A DNA stretch of 64,000 bases from Dehalococcoidia bacterium (GCA_963422525.1 OY730226.1:515844-579843), one strand, 5' to 3'; counted from the first letter of the stretch, positions 1-10,166 are shown. Translations and numbers: made by a program. The notes: a model not told the origin generated them from the sequence alone.

Positions 1-557
1 CTGACGATGCGGCTTCGCATGATGGCGACGCGGCGCGCCTCCGGGTTTGCGATGAGGTCGAGGTATCGCTGGCGGAATCGCAATTCCACATCCTGCAAGC
101 CGTGCCATTTTTCGGGCAGCGGGCGCAGCGACTTGCAGAGGAGCGTGATATTTCTTGCTGAGACGGTTATTTGGCCAGTGCGGGTGCGGATTAGGTCGCC
201 TTCGACTCCTATCCAGTCGCCGATGTCGAGGTCGCGCAGCATGTCATAGTCGTCGTCGGCAAGGGCATTGCGCCTGAAAAGCGCCTGAATGCGCCCTTCG
301 CCGTCGAGGATGTCGGCAAACGACGCCCTGCCCATGCCGCGAAATGCGATGATGCGCCCTGCGACGGATACGGACACGGCTGCATCGTCGTCCGCGCCGT
401 CAGGGCGCTCCGCTTCATGCCGCTCGAACAGGCTGATTGCCTGCGCGCTGGTATGGGTGCGCTCGTAGTTGTGGGGGTACGGCTCTACGCCGCGTTCGCG
501 CAGCCGCTCCAGCTTCGCGAGCCGCACGCGGAACAGTTCATCTTCGGATTGTGTCAT
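1..557 (-). CDS. lysS: Lysine--tRNA ligase, N-terminal part (runs off window start)
   Basis: Manual translation from ATG at 557: MTQSEDELFRVRLAKLERLRERGVEPYP...VAGRIIAFRGMGRASF...LLCKSLRPLPEKWHGLQDVELRFRQRYLDLIAN, the class II LysRS anticodon-binding domain signature. Confidence 0.95.
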   Translation of the reverse strand, partial: MTQSEDELFRVRLAKLERLRERGVEPYPHNYERTHTSAQAISLFERHEAERPDGADDDAAVSVSVAGRIIAFRGMGRASFADILDGEGRIQALFRRNALADDDYDMLRDLDIGDWIGVEGDLIRTRTGQITVSARNITLLCKSLRPLPEKWHGLQDVELRFRQRYLDLIANPEARRVAIMRSRIV

Positions 558-754
558 GGTTTTCTTCTCGACTTTGGAAATGCCTACTCTATCTTATCAG
601 GGACGGGTGTCAAGGGGATATACACGACGATAAGGCTTTTTGTTAAACACTTTCTCAAAAAGTGGCTAGAAAAGTCCTTTATCACTCAAAATGGCGCGTG
701 CTAGTGTTGACACAGAAATTGAGAAGAAGAGAGGGGAAATGCTGAGGTAAGAGA

Positions 755-1318
755 TTGAGCCTGCGGATTACGGGCGGCGAACAGCGCGGACGCAGGTTTA
801 GGCTGCCAAAGGGCGCTGACCTAAGGCCGACTTCGGACAGGGTGCGCGGCGCAGTCTTCTCGATTCTGGGCGCTGATGCGGTGCGTGGCATGCAGGCGCT
901 AGATCTGTACGCAGGCACCGGGGCGCTCGGGCTGGAGGCGTTGAGCCGCGGCGCTGCCAGCGCAGAGTTCGTGGAGGTGAGCGCGCGGCGCTGTCGTCAT
1001 ATCCGCGAGGCGCTCACGGCGCTTGGGCTGGAAGGTCGCGGCAGCGTCCGCAACGGCAGAGTCGAGCGCATGTTGGAGTCGCTGGGTGGTGGCTATGGGC
1101 TGGTCTTCGCGGACCCGCCGTATGCGCTGGACGACTGGCAAGGGCTGATGCGGGCGCTTAATCGGGGCGGCTTCGTGGTCGAGGGAGGCGTAGTGGTGGC
1201 GGAGCATCGGAGCGACGCCGTAATGGCGGATGAGTATGGCAGGCTTTCGCTGTTGACGCGACGACGCTATGGGGATACGGGAATATCAATATATGAAGCC
1301 GGAGGAGTAGATGGTTAG
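755..1318 (+). CDS. rsmD: 16S rRNA (guanine966-N2)-methyltransferase
   Basis: LRITGG..RPTSDRVR, DLYAGTGALGLEALSRGA and DPPY motifs; adjacent to coaD. Confidence 0.93.
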   Translation: MSLRITGGEQRGRRFRLPKGADLRPTSDRVRGAVFSILGADAVRGMQALDLYAGTGALGLEALSRGAASAEFVEVSARRCRHIREALTALGLEGRGSVRNGRVERMLESLGGGYGLVFADPPYALDDWQGLMRALNRGGFVVEGGVVVAEHRSDAVMADEYGRLSLLTRRRYGDTGISIYEAGGVDG

Positions 1319-1811
1319 GGCGTTGTACCCTGGCAGTTTCGATCCCGTTCACAACGGGCATGTGGACATTGCGACGCGGGCGGCGCGGCTGTTTGATGAG
1401 CTTGTGGTTGGGGTATATGACACGCCGCCGTCGAAGAGGCTGATGTTCACAACGGAGGAGCGGGTGGAGCTTTTTAAGCGCTCGATACCGCACTTGTCCA
1501 ATGTGCGGGTGGTTCCGTTCGTGGGGCTTGCGCCTATGGTGGCGCGCAGTGTGGATGCGAAGTTCATCATCAGAGGCTTGCGCGCCGGCGAAGATTTCGA
1601 GACGGAGTTCGAGATGGCGCTGATGTGGCGCAACATAGATTCGGACATTGATGTCGTCTGCCTGATGACTGCGCTGGAAAACCAGTTCGTACATTCGAGC
1701 CGCATCAAAGAGGTGGCGCAGCTCGGCGGCAGAATCGAGAATCTAATACCTGCCCCTGTGTTCGAGGCGCTCACTGCGAAGATGGGGGCGAAAGCGGATG
1801 CGCAAGATTGA
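1311..1811 (+). CDS. coaD: Pantetheine-phosphate adenylyltransferase
   Basis: YPGSFDPVHNGH, IRGLR, SSRIKEVA motifs. Confidence 0.96.
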   Translation: MVRALYPGSFDPVHNGHVDIATRAARLFDELVVGVYDTPPSKRLMFTTEERVELFKRSIPHLSNVRVVPFVGLAPMVARSVDAKFIIRGLRAGEDFETEFEMALMWRNIDSDIDVVCLMTALENQFVHSSRIKEVAQLGGRIENLIPAPVFEALTAKMGAKADAQD

Positions 1812-1881
1812 CAGGGTTACTTTGCAAACTGACTGACTGAAATACAGACACTAGCCGATAAAGTAAAAAGAGGGAGGACAA

Positions 1882-2493
1882 ATGCAGACCCCACAGATAG
1901 CAGACCAATTGGCGGCGCTGGCAAACACGGGCACCCGCGTACCGGGCTTCCGTGGCAAGGTGATGGTGGACATAGACAGCCTGATGAGGTTGAGCCAGCA
2001 GCTCAACAGCATAGATATGACTGACGATGTGCGGGAGGCGGCAGAGGTCATTCAGATGAAGGATAGCATCCTCAATCAGGCGTACTTGGAGGCGAAGCGA
2101 ATTCGCACGAGCGCCGACGAGGAAGTTACGAAGGTAACTACGAAGGCGCAGGAGGAGTATCGCAGCAAGGTTGATGAGTCGTCGATACTCCGGCGCGCCG
2201 AGGAGTTGGCGCAGGAGATGCAAGAGCAGGCGGGCTACGAGTCGCAGCAGATCTTGCAGGACGCGCAGCGCAAGGCGTATCGCATCGTGAGCGAGGCGGA
2301 CAACATCGCGCTGGCGCGGCGCGACGGCGCTGACAGCTACGCCCGCGAGGTGCTTTTCAACCTCGAAGAGCAGCTCGCCGATGTGCTCGGGCAGGTGCGG
2401 CGCGGCATCGATGCGCTCAACCTTGAGGTCGAGGCGAGTAAGCGCAAGCAGCAGCAAAACAGCGTATCCGCCAACGGCGTCGCCGTATCGTAA
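1882..2493 (+). CDS. Coiled-coil protein, DivIVA/SepIVA-like, commonly found after coaD
   Basis: RVPGFRGKVMVD N-terminus, long coiled coil, GADSYA motif; GGAGG RBS upstream. Confidence 0.6.
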   Translation: MQTPQIADQLAALANTGTRVPGFRGKVMVDIDSLMRLSQQLNSIDMTDDVREAAEVIQMKDSILNQAYLEAKRIRTSADEEVTKVTTKAQEEYRSKVDESSILRRAEELAQEMQEQAGYESQQILQDAQRKAYRIVSEADNIALARRDGADSYAREVLFNLEEQLADVLGQVRRGIDALNLEVEASKRKQQQNSVSANGVAVS

Positions 2494-2517
2494 CGACATC
2501 TGACATCGATATACAGA

Positions 2518-2567
2518 GTGGGCAGGATAGTTGGGGGGGATCGCGCGCCCCCGGCTATCCTGCCCAT
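2518..2567. terminator. Long inverted repeat between convergent genes (bidirectional terminator or REP)
   Basis: GTGGGCAGGATAGTTGGGG...CCCCGGCTATCCTGCCCAT. Confidence 0.65.
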
Positions 2568-2670
2568 TCGTTGCCAATGCCGCTTCTTAATGCTCCCTTG
2601 TCCGACTTTCAGCATGATGCGCAGTCTGATGGGAGAGTAAGCCTGAGGCGCCTGTTGGGGCGTGGGTTGC

Positions 2671-3432
2671 CTAGCGCTTGTATGCCTTGATGTTCATGCT
2701 GTGGACGCGCGACGCCCACTCTTCCTTGCCTTCCCACGGCTTGTCGGCCACAATCTCGATGTCATTGATGCCCGCTTGGCGCATCCTGCCAAGATAGACT
2801 TCTTGTGGCTCTGCGCCTGACAGACATGCCACCCAGTTTTCGGCGTCGGCGGTCGCGTGCGCCGGCAGCGGCGCAGTGAGTATCATGTCCGATATGAACA
2901 TCCTGCCACCGGGCTTCAGTATGCGGTACGCCTCGCGGAACACGGCGTCCTTGTCGGGCGCTAGGTTGATGACGCAGTTGGATATGATGACATCGACTGA
3001 TGCGCCGTCAATGGGGGTGTTCTCCATCTCGGCGAGGTGGAATTCCACATTCGACACGCCTAAATTTGCGGCGTTGCCGCGCGCCAGCTCGATCATATCG
3101 GGCGTCATGTCCACGCCGATGACCTTGCCCCGCTCGCCTACCGCTTTCGCCGCGATGAAGCAGTCGATGCCGCCGCCGCTGCCGAAGTCGACGACAGTTT
3201 CGCCGGCGTTGAGGTCGCCGATGGCGGTAGGGTTGCCGCAGCCGGCTGACGCCATGAGCGCCTCGCTCGGCAAACCCTCAATCTGGTCAACGGCGTAGAG
3301 TTGATTGGGCGTAGAGCGTTCGCTGTCGCCGCAGCAGTCGTCGGTATCGCAGCAGCTAGTGGCGGACTGCGCCAACTTGCCGTAACGCTCGCGCACCAGA
3401 TCCTTTACGTCTGAGTCGGAATAGGTCGTCAT
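2671..3432 (-). CDS. arsM: Arsenite S-adenosylmethionine methyltransferase
   Basis: N-terminal [34 protein letters not shown] motifs. Confidence 0.88.
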   Translation of the reverse strand: MTTYSDSDVKDLVRERYGKLAQSATSCCDTDDCCGDSERSTPNQLYAVDQIEGLPSEALMASAGCGNPTAIGDLNAGETVVDFGSGGGIDCFIAAKAVGERGKVIGVDMTPDMIELARGNAANLGVSNVEFHLAEMENTPIDGASVDVIISNCVINLAPDKDAVFREAYRILKPGGRMFISDMILTAPLPAHATADAENWVACLSGAEPQEVYLGRMRQAGINDIEIVADKPWEGKEEWASRVHSMNIKAYKR

Positions 3433-3587
3433 TTTGGTTCTCCTTTAACCTGTTCATATATGCCTATTGCTATTTATGGTATTCCCTACAGGTGTTGATG
3501 CGCGCCCCACATCCTTAGCCTTCCATCATAGGGAGGTAGGGATGGAATACGCTCTCAATATGCTTGTCCAAGTAAATAGCGCCCCAT

Positions 3588-4028
3588 TTATCGCCGTCTT
3601 GCCTCCGCGGAAAACTCTGCGGTAACGATGGTGGCAGGGGTTGCGACCGCAACCGAGCCGTAGAGCGGTCAACGGCGTTTCCAAGTGTCCACGAGGTTTT
3701 CACCGTCGCTGTCGGCGATGCCCCACATCTGAAAGTGGATGCGTATGTCTTCGTAGAGTGTGCGCTCGGCGGGCTCGGCGTCCATGTCGCGATAGGCTTC
3801 GACGCTCACATCCATCCAATCGAGCGGGATTTCGCCTTCGGAAGCCAGCCGCTCAATCATGTTTACGGCGCATGCCGAAATGCCGGACAGGAACAGCTCG
3901 CCGGCGCCAATCTCCTCGCCGCCGGAGTCGTCGGCGACCCAGTGGTGGTTGCGCGCATTGCATATCGAGCGCCCCAGCGTGCCCGTGCTGTAGCTTCGAA
4001 CCGCATACGCCAGACTTAATTCTGCCAT
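3588..4028 (-). CDS. OsmC-family selenoprotein (146 aa; Sec at UGA 3669-3671)
   Basis: ELFLSGISAC first Cys motif; read-through gives WKRR-U-PLYGSVAVATP...* where U takes the place of the second conserved OsmC Cys (C-P-x-Y); SECIS-like hairpin follows. Confidence 0.8.
3639..3654 (-). promoter_or_regulatory. Bacterial SECIS-like hairpin for the OsmC UGA
   Basis: GGUUGC-GGUC-GCAACC, 14 nt 3' of UGA; resembles the apical stem-loop of the E. coli fdhF SECIS. Confidence 0.75.
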
Positions 4029-4082
4029 GTGAGCCTCCCTCGTATTGACACTATATGGGCGGACTTAACCCGTATTGCTTCT

Positions 4083-7000
4083 TCACTCGGCGCGTCGTAC
4101 CCCGATAGTCGCTTTGATGTCGTTCACCTTGAGCGTCTCAATGTATGCGTCGGCGGCGGGCTGCTGGTTGAGGAGCTCGCGCGACAGCGTTTCTTGGCGG
4201 ATGTAGTCGCTGTGGGCGGCGATTACGGCGTCGAGTTCGGGGCTGCTCTCGTAGTATGTAACGATGTAGTCGGCGATGTCGAAATCGGCGGAGCGGCGCA
4301 TGTTCTGGATGTGATGCACAAGTTCGCGCGCGTTGCCTTCGAGGCGCAGCGCCGGCGTTACTTCGGTCGAGATGGCGACCGCATAACCTGCGCCGTCCTC
4401 AGTCGAGAAGCCCTCCGGCGCGACCTTTTCTTCGATGATGTCGAAAACTCCTGACGCCGCTACACCGTCGTCCGAAACGAGATATGCTGATGACGGCGCA
4501 GCGTTGTTGCGTAATTGCTCTAAAGTATCTGCCGAAGCTCCCAACGCTATTGGAGGTAGGGCATCGTCCTTGGATGGCAGTACAATCTTGCGGCGTTGTC
4601 TCAGGCTTGTCACGACCTCCCGCGGGTCCATCGCCGCCAGCGCATCCCTGATTTCCCCTATCCGCCGTCCGTACCGCGGGCCTAGAAACGGCATATTCGG
4701 CGACACCTTCCAGTCCCAGAACTGTATGTCGCTCATGCCGTCGCTGTTGCAGATTACCTCTATTTCTTTGACATTAAGCTCTTCTTTGAGCTGGTCGGAC
4801 AGCGCCTCTACGGTTGCCTTGTCGGTTTCGCTGTGCACAAGCGCCTTCATAGTCTGAACGGGCTGCCGCACCTTGATGCCCGCTTTCTGCCGCGCGGCGC
4901 GTCCCATGCTGGAGAGCTGCATTATCATGCGTGTGGCGCGGGACAGGTTTTCGTCTATGAGCGATTCATCCGCCACGGGGTAGTCGTCCAGATGGACGCT
5001 TTCGCGTCCGCCGTTCATAGCGCCGTTTGTCGTCCGCTCATCCGCCGATTGTGGTGAGCCTGTCGAATGGTCTGACTCTTCGTCGACTGCCGACTGCCGC
5101 ACGAGATTTTGGTACATCCGCTCGGTCATGAAGGGCATTATGGGCGCGATGAGCTTAATCAGCGTGAGCAGGCAGTCGTAGAGGGTGGCGTAAGCGGCGT
5201 GCTTGTCGGCGTCGGCGTTTTCGGCGAGGATACCCGCCTTCCAGAAGCGGCGTCGGCTGCGGCGCACGTACCAGTTGGACAGGTACTCGATGAAGCCTTC
5301 GACGGCGCGCGCCGCCCTGTCCGGCTCGAACGCCTCCATCGCATCCGTTACCTCGAGGACGAGCCGATTGAGTTCGGAGAGTATCCAGCGGTCGAGTTCG
5401 GCGCGCTCGGATACGGGCGGCGGCGCTGCGGTTGCGTCGTAGCGGTCTATGTTGGCGTAAGTTACGAAGAACGAATAGACATTCCACAGCGGGATGATGA
5501 AGCGGCGGCGCACTTCGTCGGCGGAGCGGAAGCCGAAGTTGATATTGAGCGCGGGATTTTGCCGCATGAACACCCAGCGCATAGCGTCCACGCCCATGCG
5601 CTGGGCGGCGTCTTCGAACCAGATAGCGTTGCCCTTGCTCTTGTGCATCTCATCGCCGTTGTCGTCGCGCATTAGGGCGTAGCTGAAGACTGACTTGAAG
5701 GGCGCGGTGTTTTCCAGCGCTGTGCTCATCGTGAGCAGCGAGTAGAACCAGTTGCGGAACTGCCCGGGGAAGCTCTCTGATATCCAGTCGGCGGGGAACC
5801 ATTTGCGCCAGTAGTCTTTGTCGTGGCGGTAGCCGATTGTGGAGAATGAGACGATGCCGGCGTCCAGCCATGCGTTGCCGACATCCGAGATTCGGTCAAC
5901 GACCGCGCCGCACTCGTCGCAGCGAATCTTGACGGCGTCCACCCAGGGGCGGTGCGGCGAATTGCCTTCGAACGCGTCCCAGCCCGCGACGGCGCGCGCC
6001 TGCAGTTCGGTCTCGCTGCCGATGACATCGAACCAGCCGCAGCCGCACTTGTAGATGGGGAGCGCGAGGCCGTAGTAGCGCTTCTTGGAGATCATCCAGT
6101 CGTCCATGTTGCGCAGCCAGTCGAGTTCGCGCGCATAGCCGAACTCCGGCACCCATCGGATGTCGTCCACCACATCCATAATCTGGTAGCGCAGGCTTGC
6201 TGCCTTCTCGTGCGGCGTAAGTTCTTCGCGCGGCTTGTCGCTCTTGTCGCCCATGCTGATGAACCACTCGTCCACCAGCCTGAAGACGAGTTCGGAGTCG
6301 CAGCGCCAGCAGACGGGGTAGCGGTGCGAGTAGCGTTCTAGGTTGTAGAAGGCGCCCTTTTCTTTGAGGCTGTCGTATATGGCGTCGTTCACATCATAGA
6401 CATTTTGCCCGGTGAGCCAGTCGAAGCCGGGGACGAAGTCACCGAATTCGTCGAGCGGCGCGATGGCGGGGACGCCGTTCTCTTTGCCGAGCGCGAAGTC
6501 TTCCTTGCCGGCGCCGGGCGCGATGTGCACGATGCCGGTGCCCTCCGCTTCGCTGACCTCATCCCAGGCGATGACGCGATGCTCGACGCCGTCTTGCGCT
6601 GGCAGCTCGGCGAAGGGGGCGCGGTAGCGCAAGCCGATAAGATTAGACGCCGGCGTTTCGCCGATAACCTCATAGTCGCCCTTGAGCGCCGGCTCGCGTT
6701 CCTTGATGAGGTACAGCGTCTCGCCGTCCTGCCTGACCTTGATATAGGTCTTTTCGGGATGGACGGCGGCGGCGGCGTTAGCCGTCAGCGTCCAGGGAGT
6801 GGTCGTCCAGACCAGCAGGGCTTCCTGCTGGTCAGACGCCTGCGCTTCCTTGATGGGCGAGGGCGATTCATTTCGTATAATCGGAAACTTCACGAACAGC
6901 CCGGGATGCACAATCTCTTTGTAGCCTTCGGTAACGATTTCGTGCTCGGACAAGCCTGTGCCGCAGCGGGGACACCAGGGCATCACATCGCGCCCTTCGT

Positions 7001-7520
7001 ACAGCCAGCCTTTTTCGTGGCAGGTTTTCAGGAAGCGCCAGATGGTGTAGTTGTTCTCGTCGGACTTGGTGTGATACGAATCGTCCCAGTCCATCCAGTA
7101 GCCGAGCCGCATGCTCTGCTGCGAGATGACATCGGCGAAGTGATCGACGCGCTGCTTGCAGAGGTTGACGAACTTGTCCACGCCGAAGGCTTCGATGTCG
7201 CGCTTGGACTTGAAGCCGAGTTCTTTTTCGACCTCGACCTCGATCCAAAGACCTTGCCCGTCGAAGCCGTTCTGATAGCGCTGGTCGTAGCCTTGCATGG
7301 CGCGAAATCGCAGGAAAATGTCTTTGTAGGAGCGTCCCCATGCGTGATGCACGCCCATAGGGTTGTTGGCGGTAATCGGCCCGTCTATGAAGGAGTGCGT
7401 CTTATTGGCGCCGGCGTTGCGCTGTCTGTACTTGGCGGGGATGTCGTTGCGCTCCCACCAGTCGAGGATGCGGCGCTCCATAGCGACGAAGTCGGTCTTC
7501 GTATCGACGGGGTTGAACAT
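4083..7520 (-). CDS. ileS: Isoleucine--tRNA ligase (type 2-like) with several in-frame insertions
   Basis: DGPITANNPMGVHH, WTTTPWTL, GTGIVHIAP, DWMISKKRYYG, EMHKSKGN motifs; start taken at MFNPVD. Confidence 0.93.
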   Translation of the reverse strand: MFNPVDTKTDFVAMERRILDWWERNDIPAKYRQRNAGANKTHSFIDGPITANNPMGVHHAWGRSYKDIFLRFRAMQGYDQRYQNGFDGQGLWIEVEVEKELGFKSKRDIEAFGVDKFVNLCKQRVDHFADVISQQSMRLGYWMDWDDSYHTKSDENNYTIWRFLKTCHEKGWLYEGRDVMPWCPRCGTGLSEHEIVTEGYKEIVHPGLFVKFPIIRNESPSPIKEAQASDQQEALLVWTTTPWTLTANAAAAVHPEKTYIKVRQDGETLYLIKEREPALKGDYEVIGETPASNLIGLRYRAPFAELPAQDGVEHRVIAWDEVSEAEGTGIVHIAPGAGKEDFALGKENGVPAIAPLDEFGDFVPGFDWLTGQNVYDVNDAIYDSLKEKGAFYNLERYSHRYPVCWRCDSELVFRLVDEWFISMGDKSDKPREELTPHEKAASLRYQIMDVVDDIRWVPEFGYARELDWLRNMDDWMISKKRYYGLALPIYKCGCGWFDVIGSETELQARAVAGWDAFEGNSPHRPWVDAVKIRCDECGAVVDRISDVGNAWLDAGIVSFSTIGYRHDKDYWRKWFPADWISESFPGQFRNWFYSLLTMSTALENTAPFKSVFSYALMRDDNGDEMHKSKGNAIWFEDAAQRMGVDAMRWVFMRQNPALNINFGFRSADEVRRRFIIPLWNVYSFFVTYANIDRYDATAAPPPVSERAELDRWILSELNRLVLEVTDAMEAFEPDRAARAVEGFIEYLSNWYVRRSRRRFWKAGILAENADADKHAAYATLYDCLLTLIKLIAPIMPFMTERMYQNLVRQSAVDEESDHSTGSPQSADERTTNGAMNGGRESVHLDDYPVADESLIDENLSRATRMIMQLSSMGRAARQKAGIKVRQPVQTMKALVHSETDKATVEALSDQLKEELNVKEIEVICNSDGMSDIQFWDWKVSPNMPFLGPRYGRRIGEIRDALAAMDPREVVTSLRQRRKIVLPSKDDALPPIALGASADTLEQLRNNAAPSSAYLVSDDGVAASGVFDIIEEKVAPEGFSTEDGAGYAVAISTEVTPALRLEGNARELVHHIQNMRRSADFDIADYIVTYYESSPELDAVIAAHSDYIRQETLSRELLNQQPAADAYIETLKVNDIKATIGVRRAE

Positions 7521-7523
7521 TGT
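7425..7523 (-). repeat. Direct repeat copy 1: 5' end of ileS
   Basis: 99 bp near-identical to 8222-8320. Confidence 0.9.
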
Positions 7524-7584
7524 GGGGTGTCTCCTGGGGGATGGAATTGATAAGGATGGAGGATGGTTCACCTGCGTGTGGGGA

Positions 7585-7865
7585 TTAGGGAAAGAAGCGG
7601 TATATGTCTCTGCGGTGAAGGAATCTGACCATAATGACTACATCGTCCTCAACGATCATGCCTAGGCCATGATGCCTAGACGATAGTCTCCCACCCTGAT
7701 GCGGTAGTAGAGTCTTCTGTCCGTGATTCTCACTGCCGTCCTAATCTCGGTGATGGCAGATGCCGCCTCCAGCTCTTCTATTATTCGGAGGATTCTACTG
7801 CGTATCGCAGCGTTGCGTACTCGTCGCAAATCTCGGGTGAAGGAGTTCCTGTATTCAACTTTCAT
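7585..7865 (-). pseudogene. relE: RelE/ParE-family toxin, frameshifted by a 14-nt duplication
   Basis: MKVEYRNSFTRDLRR...YRIRVGDYRLG; C-terminus MIVEDDVVIMVRFLHRRDIYRFFP* continues in another frame after the duplicated ATGCCTAG (7658 and 7672). Confidence 0.8.
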
Positions 7866-8034
7866 CCGACTTTCGCAGTATGTCGAGGACATGTTGCTTG
7901 CTGACAGGTTCGGAAGCCAAGCCTTCATCGATAGCCTGAACAAGGGCAGCATCCTCGCCTGCCGCATTGCGGCGCACCGTGCGCGCGCAGAGATTTTGAG
8001 CGCCGATTTTGCCGATCTGTTCGCGGGAAGTCAT
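7855..8034 (-). CDS. Putative antitoxin of the RelE module (59 aa, not in the ORF track)
   Basis: MTSREQ...EDAALVQAIDEGLASEPVSKQHVLDILRKSDES*; overlaps the relE start. Confidence 0.6.
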   Translation of the reverse strand: MTSREQIGKIGAQNLCARTVRRNAAGEDAALVQAIDEGLASEPVSKQHVLDILRKSDES

Positions 8035-8221
8035 AGGGGTTCGCCTCGGAATAGTTGCCTAAAGTATAAATAATGTAACAGGAAATGTGTTGATTTTCAC
8101 CATTTTCCAGCAATTATGCGACTAAGGCTAGGATAAGCGCTTGACGAAAGCGTATTAATATTCTATGTCGGCATGTCTATTAACAATGGATTGTCGGAAT
8201 ACGAGCGCCTGACTTGCGCGC

Positions 8222-8320
8222 TCTGTATTTGGCGGGGATGTCGTTGCGCTCCCAGCAGTCGAGGATGCGGCGCTCCATAGCGACGAAGTCGATCTTCGTA
8301 TCGACGGGGTTGAGCATTGT
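8222..8320 (-). repeat. Direct repeat copy 2: degenerate ileS 5' fragment
   Basis: Encodes MLNPVDTKIDFVAMERRILDCWERNDIPAKYR versus ileS MFNPVDTKTDFVAMERRILDWWERNDIPAKYR. Confidence 0.9.
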
Positions 8321-8321
8321 T

Positions 8322-10070
8322 CTATATTTCCTCTTCGTCCTCTACTTGTTGGGTGTCCGTTGCAAATCCCCAGTTTTGAGCGATATATTCTTGTACTATT
8401 TTTCCGCGCTCATTGATGAATGAATTGAAATCAGCCCTCATTTTCATGGGCTTTTCCATAATCTCTATGCAACGTTTATCAATGAAGAAAGGTTCATATA
8501 ATTGTAGCAGTTCTGAAGTCCACTCATTCTTGACATCAGTGATTTGGTTCGCTGGATCCATCTTGCTCCATTTGCGATTTGTCTCTTTTGTAAGAGGCAT
8601 GACGTTTAGCGCCAAGTTGTGCGAATCGCGATTGGCATCCCAGTTTGGGATGTGCTGTTCGCAAAAAGCTTTCGGAAATATGTGATGGGACTGCGAGGAA
8701 ATAATAGATTTTCCTGTTCCACCGACAATCTCCTTATTTAGCGGGTCTTTCGGTTGTTCCTTACTTATCAAGCACGCTATAAGCTTTCCTATGGCACTGT
8801 TTGGGGTGACGCTGTCCAGAGAGCGAATGCGAACATCCGTCATCCATGGTGGCTCAAAGTTATCGCCCTTTTTTATCCAATTCAACAACTGATCTTTATC
8901 CCGGTGCTGTGTAGCAGGCTGAGATTCGGTGTATCGTTGTTCAAGCACTGTTCCGACGAACCACCGCTCCAATTTCCTCTGCCATTGCGCTTTGTCCGCG
9001 CTTGGTTGATCATATTTCTGCTCAATTTCGGCAAGGGCAATAGCAAGCGGAGCTAGCATGGAATCATATGGCATAAATTGATTGGTTGCGTCCAATCCCA
9101 TCCCAAAACGGCTAGAAAGAAACTCGCCGGCACGCTCCAAATTGGTTATTGCATCATTTTTTAACCTTTTGAAGTTATATTCATTTATAGTCCTGGGAAG
9201 CGTGGTCTTTTTGGGATTCTTGCCATCGAGCAACGCAATAGTTTGCAAGAATATCTCACCAGTAGCCTCTATATTTTGATAGTAATTGGTTAATACCTGG
9301 AACTCATCAAGTTCTTGACGCAAGCGTATTCCTTTTGCAAAAAGGACTGCGACCACGATTTCGACAGGTGTTAACCGTTGCCCTGATGTGTTCAGCGTTT
9401 GGAACACTCTGGTTATTGCCTCAACTGGCATATCAGAATCTAGTACAGTCACGGGTACTATAGGTTCAGAACCAATTTTGAAATATGGCCACACCAATCT
9501 TTCAATGAACTTTACTCTGTCGGGATATTTCCTTAGATATCGCTCTTTCGCGTTCGAAAATTCGAACTCGCTTGCCAGGGATGGTGTCCAAAGCAGGTTT
9601 GAATTAAGAAGATTCTCAGGATTGCTGGATTGTCTACGCCCCTTGATGTACTTATCCTCTTCATCTAGGTCGTCGGCAAATTCTTTCAGGGCTTCTCTGT
9701 TGTCATAGTCAAGATTTTTATCGGATGCCATATTCCACAATGCGCCAAGGTCCAGGAAATAGTGAGACCTACCGGTACCGTAGTAAAGCATCAAGCCCGC
9801 TGTGATACGCTGCTGACCATCTAGTACATACGAATCTATCTCGGAATTTCCCGTATTTACACCCTCAAACAGACGAGGGGACAGGTTGAGTATGTCAGAC
9901 GCTTCAAGGGTAAGAAATCCGCCTATCGGATATTCTTTTCGGACGGAATCGAAAAGTTGAAGCACTTTTGGCCGTGTCCACTTCCAATCCCTCTGAAACT
10001 CAGGGAGTCTGAGTTTACCCAAATATGCGTCATCCACAAGGCTTTTGAACTGTGATTGTTGCGCTTTCAT
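8322..10070 (-). CDS. DUF262 (GmrSD-like) modification-dependent restriction endonuclease candidate
   Basis: LPEFQRDWKW, VLDGQQR, FQTLN motifs plus C-terminal HHIFP...N (HNH-like); lower GC than flanks. Confidence 0.8.
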   Translation of the reverse strand: MKAQQSQFKSLVDDAYLGKLRLPEFQRDWKWTRPKVLQLFDSVRKEYPIGGFLTLEASDILNLSPRLFEGVNTGNSEIDSYVLDGQQRITAGLMLYYGTGRSHYFLDLGALWNMASDKNLDYDNREALKEFADDLDEEDKYIKGRRQSSNPENLLNSNLLWTPSLASEFEFSNAKERYLRKYPDRVKFIERLVWPYFKIGSEPIVPVTVLDSDMPVEAITRVFQTLNTSGQRLTPVEIVVAVLFAKGIRLRQELDEFQVLTNYYQNIEATGEIFLQTIALLDGKNPKKTTLPRTINEYNFKRLKNDAITNLERAGEFLSSRFGMGLDATNQFMPYDSMLAPLAIALAEIEQKYDQPSADKAQWQRKLERWFVGTVLEQRYTESQPATQHRDKDQLLNWIKKGDNFEPPWMTDVRIRSLDSVTPNSAIGKLIACLISKEQPKDPLNKEIVGGTGKSIISSQSHHIFPKAFCEQHIPNWDANRDSHNLALNVMPLTKETNRKWSKMDPANQITDVKNEWTSELLQLYEPFFIDKRCIEIMEKPMKMRADFNSFINERGKIVQEYIAQNWGFATDTQQVEDEEEI

Positions 10071-10166
10071 TTCTATCTCCGGAAGCCAATTTACCGGCTG
10101 TACACCGGCGTCCTGTTCATATTATCCTATCATCAGGTTATACGAGATACAAAGGCGGAAAATCTG

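Noticed and set aside
6405-7550. Long antisense ORFs in the track (e.g. 6405-7550, 19189-20469, 22768-23880)
   Set aside because: Shadow frames of well-supported GC-rich genes with no recognisable motifs
7521-8320. T-box riboswitch upstream of ileS
   Set aside because: No T-box consensus (GGUGGNACCGCG) found in the upstream region
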